Source: Rebecca billardiae RCC1528 | Taxonomy: Eukaryota; Protista; Haptophyta | Direction: 5' to 3' | NCBI GenBank assembly: GCA_965240325.2 | Contig: OZ251251.1 | Span: 248,001 to 312,000 of the forward strand | DNA length: 64,000 nucleotides | Part shown: positions 12,253 through 26,041 of the stretch, one piece after another | How the letters are laid out: each line of letters begins with the position of its first letter | How positions within the stretch are numbered: position 1 is the stretch's first letter | Made by a program: the position numbers and the translations under genes | The notes under the pieces: generated by a model | Database searches by the model: none | Seen by the model: only the letters and a program-made list of their open reading frames with translations | What the model was told of the DNA's origin: nothing

Positions 12253-12806
12253 GCTTTCTTGCCTTTGCCGCCCTTGCCCTTCCTCTGCTTGCCGCCGCTG
12301 CGGCGCGGCGCGGCGTCGGCCTTCTCCTTCGCCGCCACCTCGGCCTTCTCCTTCGCCACTGCCTCCGCCCGCTCCTGCTTCTCCTTCTCGCGCAGCGCCT
12401 CCGCCGCCTCCTCCACCTCGGCAGATCGGATCTCGAGCTCCTCGGGTGTCAGGTAGCAGCGGAAGGTTCCGGGAAGCGACGCGAGGCGCGAGCCCCAGTA
12501 CTGGTCGGCGCGCGAGCCGTCGCGGGGCTGCTTGTGGAGCGTGATGTGCAGCATCTCGCCGTCGTTGTACCACGTGCTCTCGTCCGAGACCACGTGCCCC
12601 GCGAGCGGGCGCGCCTCGAGCAGCACGCCGCGCTCGCCGTGCCACACGCACAGCGCCTCGGCGGCGAGCTCGACGACGAGATCGCGCGTCTTGGTGCCCG
12701 GGGGGAGGGGGAGGGTGATGTCGACCGACTCGGGCAGCTCGCTCCAGCTGCGGAACGCGCCCGCCTTCGGCGCCACCACGCGCTGCAGCGCCGGGTCGTC
12801 GAACAT
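11826..12806 (-). CDS. CS (p23/NudC-like) domain protein with a C-terminal hydrophobic segment
   Basis: 'FRSWSELPESVDITLPLPPGTKTRDLVVEL...LLEARPLAGHVVSDESTWYNDGEMLHITLHKQ...YWGS' is a CS domain; followed by a charged coil and a putative TM (LIAAITAVALGTLRFSVFV). Confidence 0.8.
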
Positions 12807-13458
12807 GATGGCGGCCCTTGCCGCCCGCTGCTACAGTTTACTAAGAATAAGAGACGCACACAGCTCAGGCAGGCGAGATAAAAGAATGCGCCGCGATCGC
12901 CCGTCGGCGCCACTCGGCGGCGGCGGCCGGACGGCTCCGACTGTTTCGGTCCGGGGTATTTGCGATTGCGAAGAAGTCCGCATATTCATGTGATAACTCA
13001 TGGAGTACTCATTGTCAGCGGGCATCTTAAGAAGTTCAAAACTGCTGGGTAGAACAAGCTCATTTATCAGCTTATATATGAATTGTGGGTCGACGTAATC
13101 AGTCCTTCATATATAAGAATGTGATGACAGATGAGGGAGATTGCTTCCCCGACATATTAGGATCGCGAGAATATGACCGTACTCGCCCAGTTTCTACCCT
13201 TTTTCCCTGTCGTTCCCACACTACAAACCGTAGACTCAGTTTGTAGTATGGGAACGCACTCATCGGAGGGTCTACAGTACCCCCACTCATCAACCACAGC
13301 GCTCATCAACCACAGCACACCCACCTCCCCGCCTAGAGTGTACCTATCAGGGTAGACCGTAGTTCATTCTTGAACGGCCCCGGGCGTGGCAGCCCGCGCC
13401 CTTGCCCTCGACGCGAGGGGCTCCCTCGCTCCCGCGCGCGCGCGCGCGCGCACGGCCG

Positions 13459-16400
13459 ATGCGGGTACTCCGCACGCACCCGTTCTGGGTCCACGCCGTC
13501 CGCCGCCACCGCCGCGCCCGCGGCACGCCCGCCGCGCCGGACAAGCCGTCCGCGTACGACGAGCGTCACGACATCTCTCTGCTGAGCTCGCGCTTCCGCT
13601 CGGCGGCGGTGAACGCGCGGTACGAGGCGTCGCGCCCGCAGGAGGACTCGGCGATCTTCTTCGCGATGCACGCGCTCATCTTCGTCGCGATCACGCCCGC
13701 CACCGGCGCCGCGCTCTGGGACGGCTTTGGCGGCGAGCGGCTGAGCGCGCCGCTGCTGGCGCAGCTGCTTCTCTTCGTGACGGCGTGGCTGGTGCGGCTG
13801 GGCGCGGTGGTGCTGTACTGGCGCGACGCGGTGCCGCGCGGGGTGTGCGAGCTCGCCACCTTCGCGCAGGCCCTCGTGCGCATCGGCGTGCGCACCGCCG
13901 TCACCATCCCGCGCGCCGTCGCGTCCGAGGACGTGGGCTCCGAGTTTCTCGCGCGGCTCGAGGTGGCCGCGGCGACGCTGGAGGTGGCGGCGCTGGCGCG
14001 GTACGCGCTCGCGCTGCCCACGTGCGCGTGGGCGCTGCTCGCCCAGCCGCTCGCGCCCGCGCTCGCCAGCCTCGTCGGCTACGACGCCGCCGACGCCCAG
14101 CTCGGCGCGCGCGGCGAGGCCGGAGTCGCCGCGGCCGCGCTACTCAGTTTGCCCATTTACTTACATATCGAGGTGGCGCGCCGGCGCGCGTGGCTGCAGG
14201 GCGAGCGGCTCGCGGCGCTGCGGCAGGAGGTGCGCGCGGGGGCGCTGGCTGGTGCACGCCGCTCCGCGAGCTCTGCTGCCCGGCCGCGCCGCCGCCGCGG
14301 GCCGCCGCGCCGCGCCGCGCACCGCGCCGCGCCGCCGGCCGCAGCCGACGGCGCTCGCCCGCCATCCGCCCGCCCGCCCGCCGCCGCGCGCGCCCGCGCG
14401 CCGCACTGCGACGCAGGTGTCGCACTTTGGGCTGAACCACCTGTACCACGCCTCCTCCACCATCGACCAGGCCATCGAGCGCCTCGACGCCGCGCCGCTC
14501 CCCGCCGCGCTCTGGCTCGGCCCCGCGCTGGCGGCACTCGCCGAGTCGGTCACAGAAGTGACCCAGCTGCTGCGGTTGATTGTTGACGACGACGCGCCGC
14601 CGTCCGAAGCGGCGCTGAGCGACTTCAACCTGGTGCGCGCGCGCGCGCGTGCGCGGGCGCGGGCGTGCGCGGGCGTGCGCGGGCGTGTGTGCGCCGAGTG
14701 GGCGGACGAGGGGCGGTGGCCGCGCGCCGTGTGGGGCGGCCGCGGGGCGGCCGCGCGTGCGCAGCGCGCCGCCGCGCTCACGCGCGCCGCGCCGCCGCGC
14801 GCCGCGCCGCCGCGCGCCGCGCCGCCGCGCGCCACGCCGCACGCCGGCGGCACAGGACGACTTTGCGGCGCTCGCGTTCCGCGGCGTGGCGTACGACGTG
14901 GAGGGCGACGCGTCCGAGCTGCGCGCGCGCTTCGCCTCGTGGGCCGCGCGCTCGATCGCCGCCGACGCGATCGCGATCGCGCGGCGACACGCGCGCGGCG
15001 CGGTCTTGTGCACCCTAGCTGTCGACGGCGCGCGCGCGTGGCTGAGCGTGCGCGTGCGCGCGCAGACGGGCGGCGTGGCGCTGCCGCTCGGCGCGCTGCG
15101 CGGCGCGCCCGTGCCCCACGCGCCCGACGACGACGCGCTCACCGTGCGCTCGTCCGGACCGTCCGGGTCCGGGAGCATGTCCGGGCGAAATGCCCCAGGT
15201 GGGTATTTTGTGAGTATTGCCCGCGCCGCCGCCGGGCCGGCGGCGGGGCCGCTCGCGGGCGCGGCGGCGATGGCGGCGGCGGTGGGCGGGCGGCTGCTCG
15301 TGCGGCAGGACGTGGCGTGCGCGTGGCTCGTCATCGAGCTGCAGATCCCCATCGAGAACGTGCGGCTGCAGCAGAGCTGGGACGGCGACGCCGACGACGA
15401 CGCCGACGACCGTGGCGACGACGGCGGCGGCGGCCGCGGGGGCGGCCGCGGCGACGGCGATGGCGGCGGCGGTGCTGGCGAGGGCGACGACGAGGGCAGC
15501 TGGGGCGCGCACGCCGCGGGGCGCGCGAGCGCGCTCGTCGCCTCCGTCTCAGCTGCGGTCGGCGCGGTCGTCGGCGCCGCCGTCGGCTCAGCCTCGCAGC
15601 CGCGTGCCGCGCAGTCGCACCACGCGTCGCGCGCCGCGCAGCTGTCGCGCTGGTCCGCCGGTGGCGGCGGCGGCAGCCACAGCCCGGCGTGGTCCTACTC
15701 GCCGCCCGCGTCGCCGCACGCGAGCACCAGCGGTGCGGACGCGCGCGCCCTCGGGCGTGGGACCGAGCTCGCGCGCTCCGGCGCGAGCGGCGGTGTCAAG
15801 CGCCGACGCCGCACGTTTGCAGGTGCGCCGGCCGCGGCGGCCGCAGGCGCGGCCGCGCCGGGTGCGCCGCCGCCGCTGCGCCGCGCCGCCACGCTGCCTC
15901 TGCCGGCGGAGGCGACGGCGCTCGCGCGCGCGTGGGCTCGCAACGGCCGCGCCGTCGTCGGCAGCGGCGACGGCCGCGGCGGCGGCGGCGCGCGGCTCTC
16001 GCTCGAAGTGCCGGATGGCTGCGGCGGCGCGGCGCATGCGGCCGGCGGCGGCGGCAGCGGTCTGCTCGGTAGCAGCCGCGTGCACCCGGCGGCGGAGGCG
16101 CTCGGCGGGAGCGGCGCGGCGTGCCGGTCTTCGGACCCGCCGACGGAGAGGTCGACAGGTGGCGGCAGCGGCGGCGGCAGCGGCGCGCTCGCCCGCGCCC
16201 TTGGCAGCTTTAGAGGCCGCGCCGGATTGGCGGCGGCGGCGACGACGGCCTGTCGCGGCGGCGGCGGCGGCCATGCCACCGCCTCCGCCTCAACTTTGGA
16301 GGCGCGCTCCTCGGCGCTGCGGCCGCCGACGCCGCCGCCGACGGCGGCGCAGCAGGGCGCGCGCCCGCTGGAGACGCTGCTGGCAAGCCTCGTGCGCACG

Positions 16401-17378
16401 GCGCCGCCGCCGCACCCGGAGCCGCCGCCGCCCGCGCCGCCGCCGCCGCCGCCGGCGCTCGTCGCGGCTGCGGTGAGCGCCAGAGCTGCGGTGCCGCCCG
16501 CGGCCGGTGGCCCGCTCTCGCCCACTGGACGGCTGCCGCCGCTGCGCGCGACGCCGAGCGCGGCCGAGCCGCCCGGCGGTGGTGTCGCCGACGCCGACGC
16601 CGACGTAGCCGCGGTCGCCGCCGCGGCGGCGCTGCCTCTGCCGACGGAGCGCGGCGGCGTCACAGGCGCGGACGGCACCGCCGCGCCGGCTGCGCTGTTG
16701 CCGCTGCCACCCAAGCACGCGGGCGTGGACCGCGCCCGCTTCCGCGCGCCGGCGACGGCGGCGGAGCGGGCGCGCCGGATCCTCGTCGTGCTGGACAACC
16801 ACCTCGACCCGCCCGCGTGGAGCGGCGCGCTCTCCGGCCAGCTGATCGCGCGGCGGTTACGCGAGCTCGGCGCGGACGTAACGGTCGTTTTGCACACGGG
16901 CTGCTCGCCGGCGGAGGTGGCGGCGCTACTCGCCGCCGGCTGCGTGGACGCGGTGACGGTGAAGGACAAGCCGGGGCGCGAGCACGTGTGCAACCTGTGC
17001 GCGCAGCACGACCTGTGCCTCTTCGTCGACGACATGCCGATGATCCTCGCCGCGATGGACGCCGCCCTCGGCCGCGCGCTCTACGCCAAGGTGCGCTCGC
17101 CCGCGCACGCCGGCGGTTGGGCCGCCACCGCGAATACACACGTGAGGTACGCTATGTTCAGCCGCGAGGCGGAGCTCGACCTGGTGTACGCGGTGTGCAC
17201 GCGCGCGCTCGTGTTCGAGGACAACGTGCTCTGCTACCCCGGCGCGAAGCCGGGCAGGTCGCCCGCGCCGGGCGGCAGGGCGGAGCTCGCGGAGGCGCGC
17301 GCGGCCGCGGCGGCCGAGCCGCCGGCGCAGCACGGCGCCGTCGCCGTCCGCGCGGCGGGCGGCGGCGATGACGATTGA
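13459..17378 (+). CDS. Multi-pass membrane protein resembling a degenerate hybrid histidine kinase with atypical receiver motifs
   Basis: Approximate exons 13459-14229, 14417-14632, 14856-17378. Several TM helices, then 'QE|VSHFGLNHL' (H-box-like), 'AMAAAVGGRLLVRQD...WLVIELQIP' (like the HATPase C-terminus), then receiver-like 'ILVVLDNHL...SGQLIARRLR...VVLHTG...AGCVDAVTVK' and 'LCLFVDDMPMIL'. Confidence 0.6.
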
Positions 17379-17616
17379 CTCACGCCTTAGCAGCAGCCGT
17401 ATAGTCTTATCAGCAACTCCCAATGAGAGGTACTACGGCCTAGCTGGCTGACTGCTACCGTGCAGCACGCACGGCCTGCCGTAGCCATCCGTAGAGGTCC
17501 GCACGGGGCTCGGCCGGCGGGGGCGGCGCCTGCCGCACCGCAGTAGAGTGCCGCCTGCCGAGTGACCGCGGTCCGCACTGACACGGTCATCAGACCGGAT
17601 CACCCGCGTAGCATCA

Positions 17617-17861
<245 letters not shown>

Positions 17862-19517
17862 CTAGCCACTCCGCCATGCCCGGCTCGTACAAGGCGTCGG
17901 GTACGAATGGAGCGCGTATCTCAAACGATGAAGCGTGCGGGTTGACGCGACAGCGGCGAGAGCAAGAGACCATATTGCCAATAATATTGCATGAGGCGCC
18001 GACGCGGCGACGGACAGTAGATGATGTCGTCGCGCCGCCGAACGATCAGGCGGGGAGCCGGGCCACACAGACAGCCAGCGACCTTACCGAGCAGAGGGGC
18101 TGCGGCGACTGCGGTGCACCTCCTGCAGCGGAGAGTGCACCCGGCAGTGCTCGATGCAGGCGATTCCCTTGCCCAGGGCCAGCTCGGCGCCTTCGTTCGT
18201 CGTGAGCACGGCCCCATGGCGCCCCCGAGAGCGAAGCCTGATCGATCCGATGTGAGCGGTAACCAACCGAGTCCTGCAGGTGCGCCGCTGTGGGCCAGAT
18301 TGGCAGCGCACCAGGACTCCTGCGCGCGGCGGTGCGCGCGGGACAACGCAGGAATGCCGTGCGCGAGCCGGATTCTTGGCGTCGCTCATAGACACTCAGT
18401 TATAGGTTCCCTATAACGCCACATATATAGGCGGTAAGTCTCAGTAATGCTGTACGCGTACATTCGGTGCGCGTTACTCTGCGCGCGTTCGCATGCCAGA
18501 TCACCGATCACGCCGTGAACTCGCTCACCAGCCAGCCAGTCGCGCGTGACACGCTGGGCCGCCGTGGGCGGGTTGGGCTTCTTCTTCCCGTTGCGGCACG
18601 CCAAACGCCGCAGGCGCACCGCGTACGCGGCGTGTATGCCGGGTGCCGAAGTCAGGCAGGCGCTTTGCGAGAATGGTGGAATCATCGCTTCTTCGTCTGC
18701 ATTGGCGTGGATCGCATGCGCAACGCGCGCGTCCCGCGAAGGTACACCCACCTCGTGCTCAGTGTCAGTCACTCCGCGAGAAGCCCTGCGAGCGCAGGAC
18801 GCTTCGGATACAAGGCGTTGAGCCCGAGGTACCACATAACGAGCACCACGCCCACGGGCGCTGATCGTAGCAGCCTACCAACCAGCGCGCGGGTATTGAC
18901 CGTCGCTGATTGCCAGGTGACACCCCTCCTAGCACCACGCCGCAGCCAGACGATCGCCTCCGCAGCGGGTTGAGCACCGTACCGGGTAGGGTGGTGGCGG
19001 TCGGGCGGTGAAAACGTGCGTGATAATCATCACGCAACCACGGGGGTAAAAGTTGGCGGTCGATCGACTACTGTTGGTAGTGCTCAATCTCTAATGCTGT
19101 ACTGTATTGCTGTCCGGCATGATTGGCGTTACGACCCATGACGTGCTTTGAGTATAATTGGCGAATGATAGACTACAGTAGGGTGGTCAATGAATAACGA
19201 GCCGTTTGGGCACTACTCACATGCCATTTATACCGCTTGGGCAATATGGTACGTACCGAATACGTACGTGTATACATATATATATATATATATCATGGAC
19301 ATCATCAATCAGTGGGTTACAACCTACAACTTATTACAGATGACGACGCTACAACTTATTACAGATGACGACGTCGCTGGTCGCGGTCGCTCCCGCTCAT
19401 CTTTTGGTTTCTAGATATCATATTCGTATATTATTAATGAGCTCATCCGGCGCCACCGGCGCGATCGGGCTGAGCCTGCGCGGGCCGAGTCGCTCCCCCG
19501 CTAGTCTTGGGCCCGAC

Positions 19518-20802
19518 ATGCAGCGCCGCAGCTCCGCGTGCAGCGCGAGCGACCCATGGGCCATCGCTCTGCTTCTCTTCGGGTCCGCGCACAGTCTCTT
19601 TGGCGGCGTCAAGCTCGTCGACGCCGTACCGACGCCCGCACCGCCTCCGTCGCCGCCGCCGCCGTCCCCTCCACCGCCACCGTCGCCAAGCCCACCGCCG
19701 GGCGTGCCCGCACCGCCTCCGTCGCCGCCGCCGCCGTCCCCTCCACCGCCACCGTCGCCAAGCCCACCGCCGGGCGTGCCCGCACCGCCTCCGTCGCCGC
19801 CGCCGCCGTCCCCTCCACCCCCACCGTCGCCAAGCCCACCGCCGGGCGTGCCCGCACCGCCTCCGTCGCCGCCGCCGCCGTCCCCTCCACCGCCACCGTC
19901 GCCAAGCCCACCGCCGGGCGTGCCCGCACCGCCTCCGTCGCCGCCGCCGCCGGCCCCTCCACCGCCGCCGCCGCCGTCGCCGCCCCCAAGCCCACCGCCG
20001 AGCGCAGCGCCGTCGACGCCGACGCCACCCCCGAGCCCGCCGCCTCCACCGTCGCCAAGCCCGCCACCGCCTCCGTCACCCCCTCCACCGCCGAGCCCGC
20101 TACCGCCGCCGCCGCCGTCGCCGCCGCCGCCGTCGCCACCCCCACCGCCACCGCCGTCTCCACCGCCCAAGGCTGTGTGCGGTGCCATCTGCTTCTATTC
20201 GGTGCGCGCGAACGAATTCATTCAGCCTCGCGCCGTCAGTCATTGCCGGCATGAGCCGTGATGCAGCCAAGCGTCCATGGCAGCGCCGCCAGCGCGCGAA
20301 CGACGGCGCGCGCGTCACGCGCGTCACGCGCGCATGCCCCCTCTCCACGAGCGCACGCATAACGCCTCCACTGCGATTTCGCGCCCGCTGACCACCCTTG
20401 CGCGGCGGCGCGTGCGATACGCCGCTTTGCGCTCTCTTTGCACGCCGCGCGCAGGTCGTGGGGTCACTGCTGCGGCTGCGCGTGACTACGAAGCTGCCGT
20501 GCCGGCTGCTCGGCATCTGCCGCGGCGACGGCGCTGGGGCGACCGGGACGACCAGCGCGCACGGGATCCGCGCGCTCGCTGGCTACGACGACGATGCAGG
20601 CGCATTTATGATGAGCGATGCTGCTGCCGACTACTGGCTGCCGGCGATCGGTGTGACTGGGCGAGCAGTCAACGATGCCATCGACGTGATGGCAGGGCTT
20701 GCTGTTGGAGCCGCACTGGTTTCACTGGCGAGTGCTGCACTCCTTCTCCACCGCCGCCATCAGCAACGCCGGCGTCGGGCGGCGGCTGGCCTGCCGCAGT
20801 GA
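19518..20802 (+). CDS. Extensin-like Ser-Pro-rich putative cell-surface protein with a C-terminal TM
   Basis: Hydrophobic N-terminus (WAIALLLFGSAHS), repeated 24-aa unit [24 protein letters not shown], probable intron about 20175-20454, last exon ending with a TM (MAGLAVGAALVSLASAALLL) and basic stop-transfer HRRHQQRRRR. Alternative ATG at 19437. Confidence 0.6.
19635..19955 (+). repeat. 72-bp coding tandem repeat (about 4.5 units)
   Basis: Near-identical units encoding [24 protein letters not shown]. Confidence 0.9.
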
Positions 20803-22921
20803 AGTCTGTCTGTGCGGTGTGCCCCAATCGCGGCCGCGAAGGCGCGAACGGCCGTCCGCGAACCGGCCGAGCCACGGGCGACCATCCGCGGCCTCGGACT
20901 CGGACTCAGGCACGGTCCTCGCGACCCGCGCCTGCAAGTGTGACCTGACGAGACCGAGTCACAGACGAGTAGGCGGTAGAGTGATGTGGGTCGGTAGTTA
21001 GCCTTCATCGTCGGAATAATCGCGATCTGTCGTCGTTATATTAATATTATACTATGACGAGCAGGGCTCACAGCTCACTCCAGGCCGCCCGCGCGCCGGG
21101 ACCGGGGACGCGGCGGGACGGTCCGACCTGCTGACTCGTAACTGTATTATAACTAGCTGCTGATGATATGGCTCAGTACTACCGAGTCGTCCGAGTTCCA
21201 GTGAGACGGTACGCGGTTTCAAACCGCGAGAGTACTACATGCATCATATATATATAGTCGTATAGTGTCCATTAGACAGTCGGACGTTGGACTCAGATCG
21301 GAGTGATACCGTGATATAGTCCGGCGTGATGATCGTCGACTGCTAGTCCCAGCGCGGGCCCGCGCGCGGCAATTAAGTTTATTGATATATGATATAGGCG
21401 CTGCGGCCAGCCGTTACGGCGGAGCCGTGCCCCGAGCTCGGCCCGCGAGCCGCACGGACCGGACTAGTAGGCGGCGCAGCGGTCCGGCCCGCTCAGTGCG
21501 CGTCACGGCGTAGTCACGGTGCCCCCGCGGCGCAGATCGATCTCGGAATGTGCGGCCGGCGCCCGGCGGCCGCGGCGCGGAATAATTACGGGCCGCCGCC
21601 GCCGGGCGCCGCCGCCGCCATCAGGCTCAGCTGCCTCGCACTGCTCGTCGTCACTGAATTGGCTGAATCGTCGGACTGATGACAAGTAGTAGCGGTACCG
21701 CTAGGCTGCATGTGCTAGCTGCTACGCCTCGGACTGTCAGCCCGTCACACCGGCGCGGACGCGGCGGCTTAGACTCAGTGAACTCAGTCCGTCAGGCGAG
21801 CCTTCTCGGCTCGCCCGGACCCGCGGATGGATGGAGAGGGCTGAGTCTGAGCTAGTTTTGAAGGCTCAAGGCTACGGGTAATAACTTAGTAGTAGACTTG
21901 GCGCCGCCAGACCGGCGGCCGGCGGCGCCGCCGGGATCATGACCGGCGACTGACGCCCGCGAGTGAGTCGCCAGTCGGCGGCGCCACTGGCGACTCCTAC
22001 TGGCGGACTTACGGTTCACGTCACAGTGATATGTCGATCATCTCGATCACCAGATCAGACTGAGACATTGATAGTGGGGTCAGAGCTCCGACCGTTACAC
22101 TCCCGAGTGACACAATCTCCCGACGAAATCTCGAAATATTAAATATCTCCTTTATTTATAGCAGTAGCTGTTTGAGTCCGTTTTAATAAGACTAACGGTT
22201 CGTTTAGGCTTAATTCCAGGGCAGTGCAGAATCCGCCTGTGCCAATTAGTTAGTCAGACTGCCAAAATGTGATCTAGCCGCGGTGCGATTCTGGTGCAAA
22301 TAGCGAGATCACCTTGGAGATCGTGTACGCGTATCTCCCCTACTAATGTTCATGTTGCCGAGATCGCGTCGAGATTGAGCGAGGTCGTATATCTCCAGTA
22401 CGACATGTGACATTTTTTCGCAATGACGAAACTTATATATATCAGCGTGATGACCCCATCGTCAGGTCATTTCGGATTTTATCGGGCGAATATTGACATC
22501 CCGAATAAGTATATATATGATGAGAGCCTCGTCATCATCATCATCACTCAAGACCGACTCAGCAGACAGAAAGCTAGTACGGTAGTAGTATTGGATTTTG
22601 GGCCACACCGAGTCACACCCCGCCACAGTGCTGGGGCTCTGACCCGCCTCCGTGCTAGACGACAGTGAGACTCGGCCGCGCGGCGCCATCCTTACGGTGA
22701 CGAAGACTTAACACTGTATATGCTGAGGCTTTGACACCGTACTCCTGAGTCACTACTAGGATTCAGTTCAGACAGCTCCGGGCACACTCCCGGCGTACTG
22801 CCCTGATGCCGGACCACCTGGGGCTCCTCGGCTCCCGGGCGGGACACTGGTTAGTGGTTGCAGACGAGTGGGCGACTGGCATGCGCCCGCCTGTCGACTC
22901 AGCCGACCCGCCTGCATCTCA

Positions 22922-25856
22922 TCAGCCGCAGCTCTGGAGCAGCGGCGCCGCAGCCGCCGCCGCCGTCGCACGCGCCGCACCCGCCGGCCCGGCCGGCGAG
23001 TCGGCTGCTGCTGCTGCGGCGACAGCCGAAGACGCGGCGCCGCTGTCGCGGGAGGAGGATGCGGAGGACGGCGTGCGCGAGAGCGCGCGCGAGGCGGGCG
23101 CGGGCGGCGTGGACGTCTGGCTGTTCGAGCGCGAGCGCGGTCGGTGCCCCGGGTTGGCAGCCATGCTGATCGCGTCCGCCAGCGCCTGCCCGCTCGGCCG
23201 GCTGCCGCTCCCGCCGCCGAGATTGCAATCTCGGCCGCCGCTCCCGCCGCCGGCAGGCGACTCGCCGCGCGGCGCGCCGTGTGCGGCGGCGCCGCGCGCT
23301 CCGGCGGAGGGGGGCGTGCGCGGCTGCTCTGCGCCGCGGTGCGGCGGCGTGAGCGCGTGCAGCGCGCCGCGCAGCTCGGACATGCACGCGGCCGGCGGCA
23401 GCGCCGCGCCGCCGCCGCCCGCGCCCACGCCGCCGCCGCCGTCGTCCGCGCCGCCATCCTCGTCGTCAGCTGAGCGCAGCACGCTGCGCCCTGGCGGCGC
23501 GCGCGCACGCGCACGCGCGCCCGGCGGCGGCGCGGCCGAGAGCGGCGTCGCTGCCAGCGACACCGGCGGCGGCGGCGCGTGCGCGCCGCCGCGCGCGCCG
23601 CCGCACGCGCTCGCGGCGCTCGCGGGCGTGCGCGCCGGCGAGCCTCTGGCGGAGAGTGCCGCAGTGGGCGTGCCGGTCGCGTGGCCAGGGCCGCCCCCGC
23701 TGCCGCCGTTGCCGCCGCCGCCGCCGCCGTCGCCGCCGCCGGGCCCGCGCGTGCCGTCCCCGCCCTCCGCGCCGCCCGCCGCGCCGCCATCGTCGGCCAC
23801 CGCCTGCGCGCCGCGTCGCGAGCGCGCGGGTCGAGGGCGGCGCGGCCAGCGCGGGCTCGGTGAGGGCAGTGGGCGGCGCGGCAGCGCGCGCGCGCCCGCA
23901 CATCACAGCCAGCCGACCGAAGCTGCAGGCGCATGCGCGCGCCAGCGGCCGACGGTGCGAGGGTCCGAGTGCACACGCACACGCACGCACACACGCGCGC
24001 GCGCGCACACACACACTCACACACACACACACGCACACACACACGCACACACACACGCACGCACACACACACACACACGCACACACACACGCACGCACAC
24101 GCACGCACACGCACACACACACACACACGCACACACACACGCACGCACACGCACGCACACGCACACACGCACACACACGCACACACACACGCACACACAC
24201 ACACGCACACACACACACACACACACGCACGCACACGCACACACGCACACACACACACACACACACACGCACACACGCACACACACGCACACGCACCTGC
24301 CGCAGCGCCGCGAGCCACGCCTCGTACACGTTCCGCCCCTCCGCTGCGAGGACGTAGTTGCCCCTGCGGGAGCGAGTGGCGTACGCAAGGAGGCCGCGCA
24401 CGGAGGAGCCGCGCCTGCCGCCGGCGGCGGGGGCGGCGTGCTCCGCGGGCGGGTTGGCGCCGGGGCTGCCGCTCGCACCGCCGCCGCCAGCGCCAACCGC
24501 CGCGCCGGGCGTGAGCGTGAACGAAAACGGAACGTCGCCGCCACCGTGCACGCTGCCGCCGCGCACGGCCACGCTGCCGCGCGGCGCCGCGCCGTCGGCC
24601 CACGCCGCCTCGGACTCCCAGTAGGTGAGCGACGCGCGGGTGAGGACGAACCAGCGCAGCCGCATCGCGCTGTTCCCCGCGCCGCGCTTGAGCAGCGCGC
24701 CGCTCATCAGCACCAAGCCGCCGTCGCCGGCGGAGGCTGCGGCGGCCGCGGCGGCCGCGGCGGCGGCGGCCGCGCCGCCGCCTGGCGTGCCGGGCGCGGC
24801 GTGCGGCGGCGCGCTCGAGCTGGTGCTCGAGTCCGCGGCGGAGGAGGCGAGCGAGGCGGCCGAGACGGACGCGGGCACGCTGCTCGCCGCCGCCGCGCAG
24901 CCCGCGGCGGGCGCGGGTGCGGCGGCAGCGGGCGCCGCGCTCGCCGCCGCGGCCGCGGCCGCGGCGGCGGCCGCCGCGCTCGCGGCGGCGGCAGCGGCGA
25001 GCTGCGCGTCACGCTCGGCACGGTGCTCGCGCGCGCTCACCGCGTCGGCGCTCGCCGCCTTCGCCGCCGCGCGCGCCGCCGCCGCGCGCGCGTCCGCCGC
25101 CGCCGCGGCGGAGGCGGCGCCGTCGGCGCGCGCGGCCGCGCGCCGCGCCGCGTCAGAGGCCGCGTCTCGCTCGACGGCGGCGCGCGCGGCGGCGGCCTCG
25201 GCGGCGGCGCGAGCGGCGCGCTCGGCGTCGAGCGTCGCGTGCGCACTCGCCGCGGCGCGGCGCGCCTCGTCCAGCGCCGCGCCGAGCGCGGCGGTGCGCC
25301 ACGCGAGCAGCGCGCGCGCGCCCGCGGCGGCGCGGGCGCGGCCGGCGAGCGCGCGCGCCGCGGCCTCGCGCGCGCCGCCGAGCGCGTCGTCGCGCTGCGC
25401 GAGCGCGGCGTCGAAGGCGGCCTGCGCGACGCGGCGCTCCGCGATCACCAGCCCCACCTGCTCGCTCAGCTGCGCCGCCGCGTGCAGCTCGAGGAACGAC
25501 GCGAGCGCGTCCGCGGCTGCGCTCGCGCCATCGTCCAACAGCGCGTTTGCATAGCGCTCGAGGGCGAGGGCGCGCGTGCGGAGGAAGGCGGGGTCGCGCG
25601 CGGCGAAGGGGCGCTTTGGCGGCAGCGCCGGCAGCCGCCGGCCCTGCAGCTCGCGGCTCAGCGCCGCGTGCAGCCGCGCAAACTCCGAGTAGCGCCGGAG
25701 CAGTCCGTACGCGCACGTCGCGTGCGAGACGGTGATGGCGTAGCGGACGGGCGGCGGCGCGTCGGGGTCGGGGTCGGCGAGGTCGACGGTGACCGAGAGG
25801 TCCGAGAGCGGCGGCGGGGCCGGCTCGAGCGACGCCGCCGACGGCTGCGCCGCCAT
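22922..25856 (-). CDS. PX domain + Ala-rich coiled coil + PH domain protein
   Basis: Exons about 25856-24297 and 23803-22922. PX: 'LLRRYSEFARLHAAL...LPALPPKRPF...FLRTRALALERYANALL...LASFLEL'. PH: 'LMSGALLKRG...RLRWFVLTRASLTYWES...PRGSV...YVLAAE...YEAWLAALRQ'. Confidence 0.85.
23971..24296. repeat. (CA)n/(CACG)n microsatellite starting at the donor of the PX-PH intron
   Basis: Directly visible. Confidence 0.95.
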
Positions 25857-26041
25857 CCGAGCGGCGGGCACGCGCACGCGCAGGGCTGCGGGCGGCGGGC
25901 CGCCCGGTGGGTACCGCTCGGCGGCGTCGCTGGTCGGGACCTGCGCTGACCGCGCTGAGTGGAGCGCCGCTGCCGCTGGAGACGCCGGACCCGGCTATTG
26001 TACCGGTGCCGGACTGAGTCCGAAGGTAGGCTGTCCGACTC

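Noticed and set aside
12980-13330. AT-rich island with a chance HELSH (HExxH) reading
   Set aside because: That frame is full of stop codons; more likely a divergent promoter region
22806-25949. 1047-aa plus-strand ORF and similar long Arg/Ala/Pro-rich ORFs (for example 42736-45243, 54734-57073)
   Set aside because: Antisense or off-frame shadows of real genes, caused by stop-codon scarcity at very high GC
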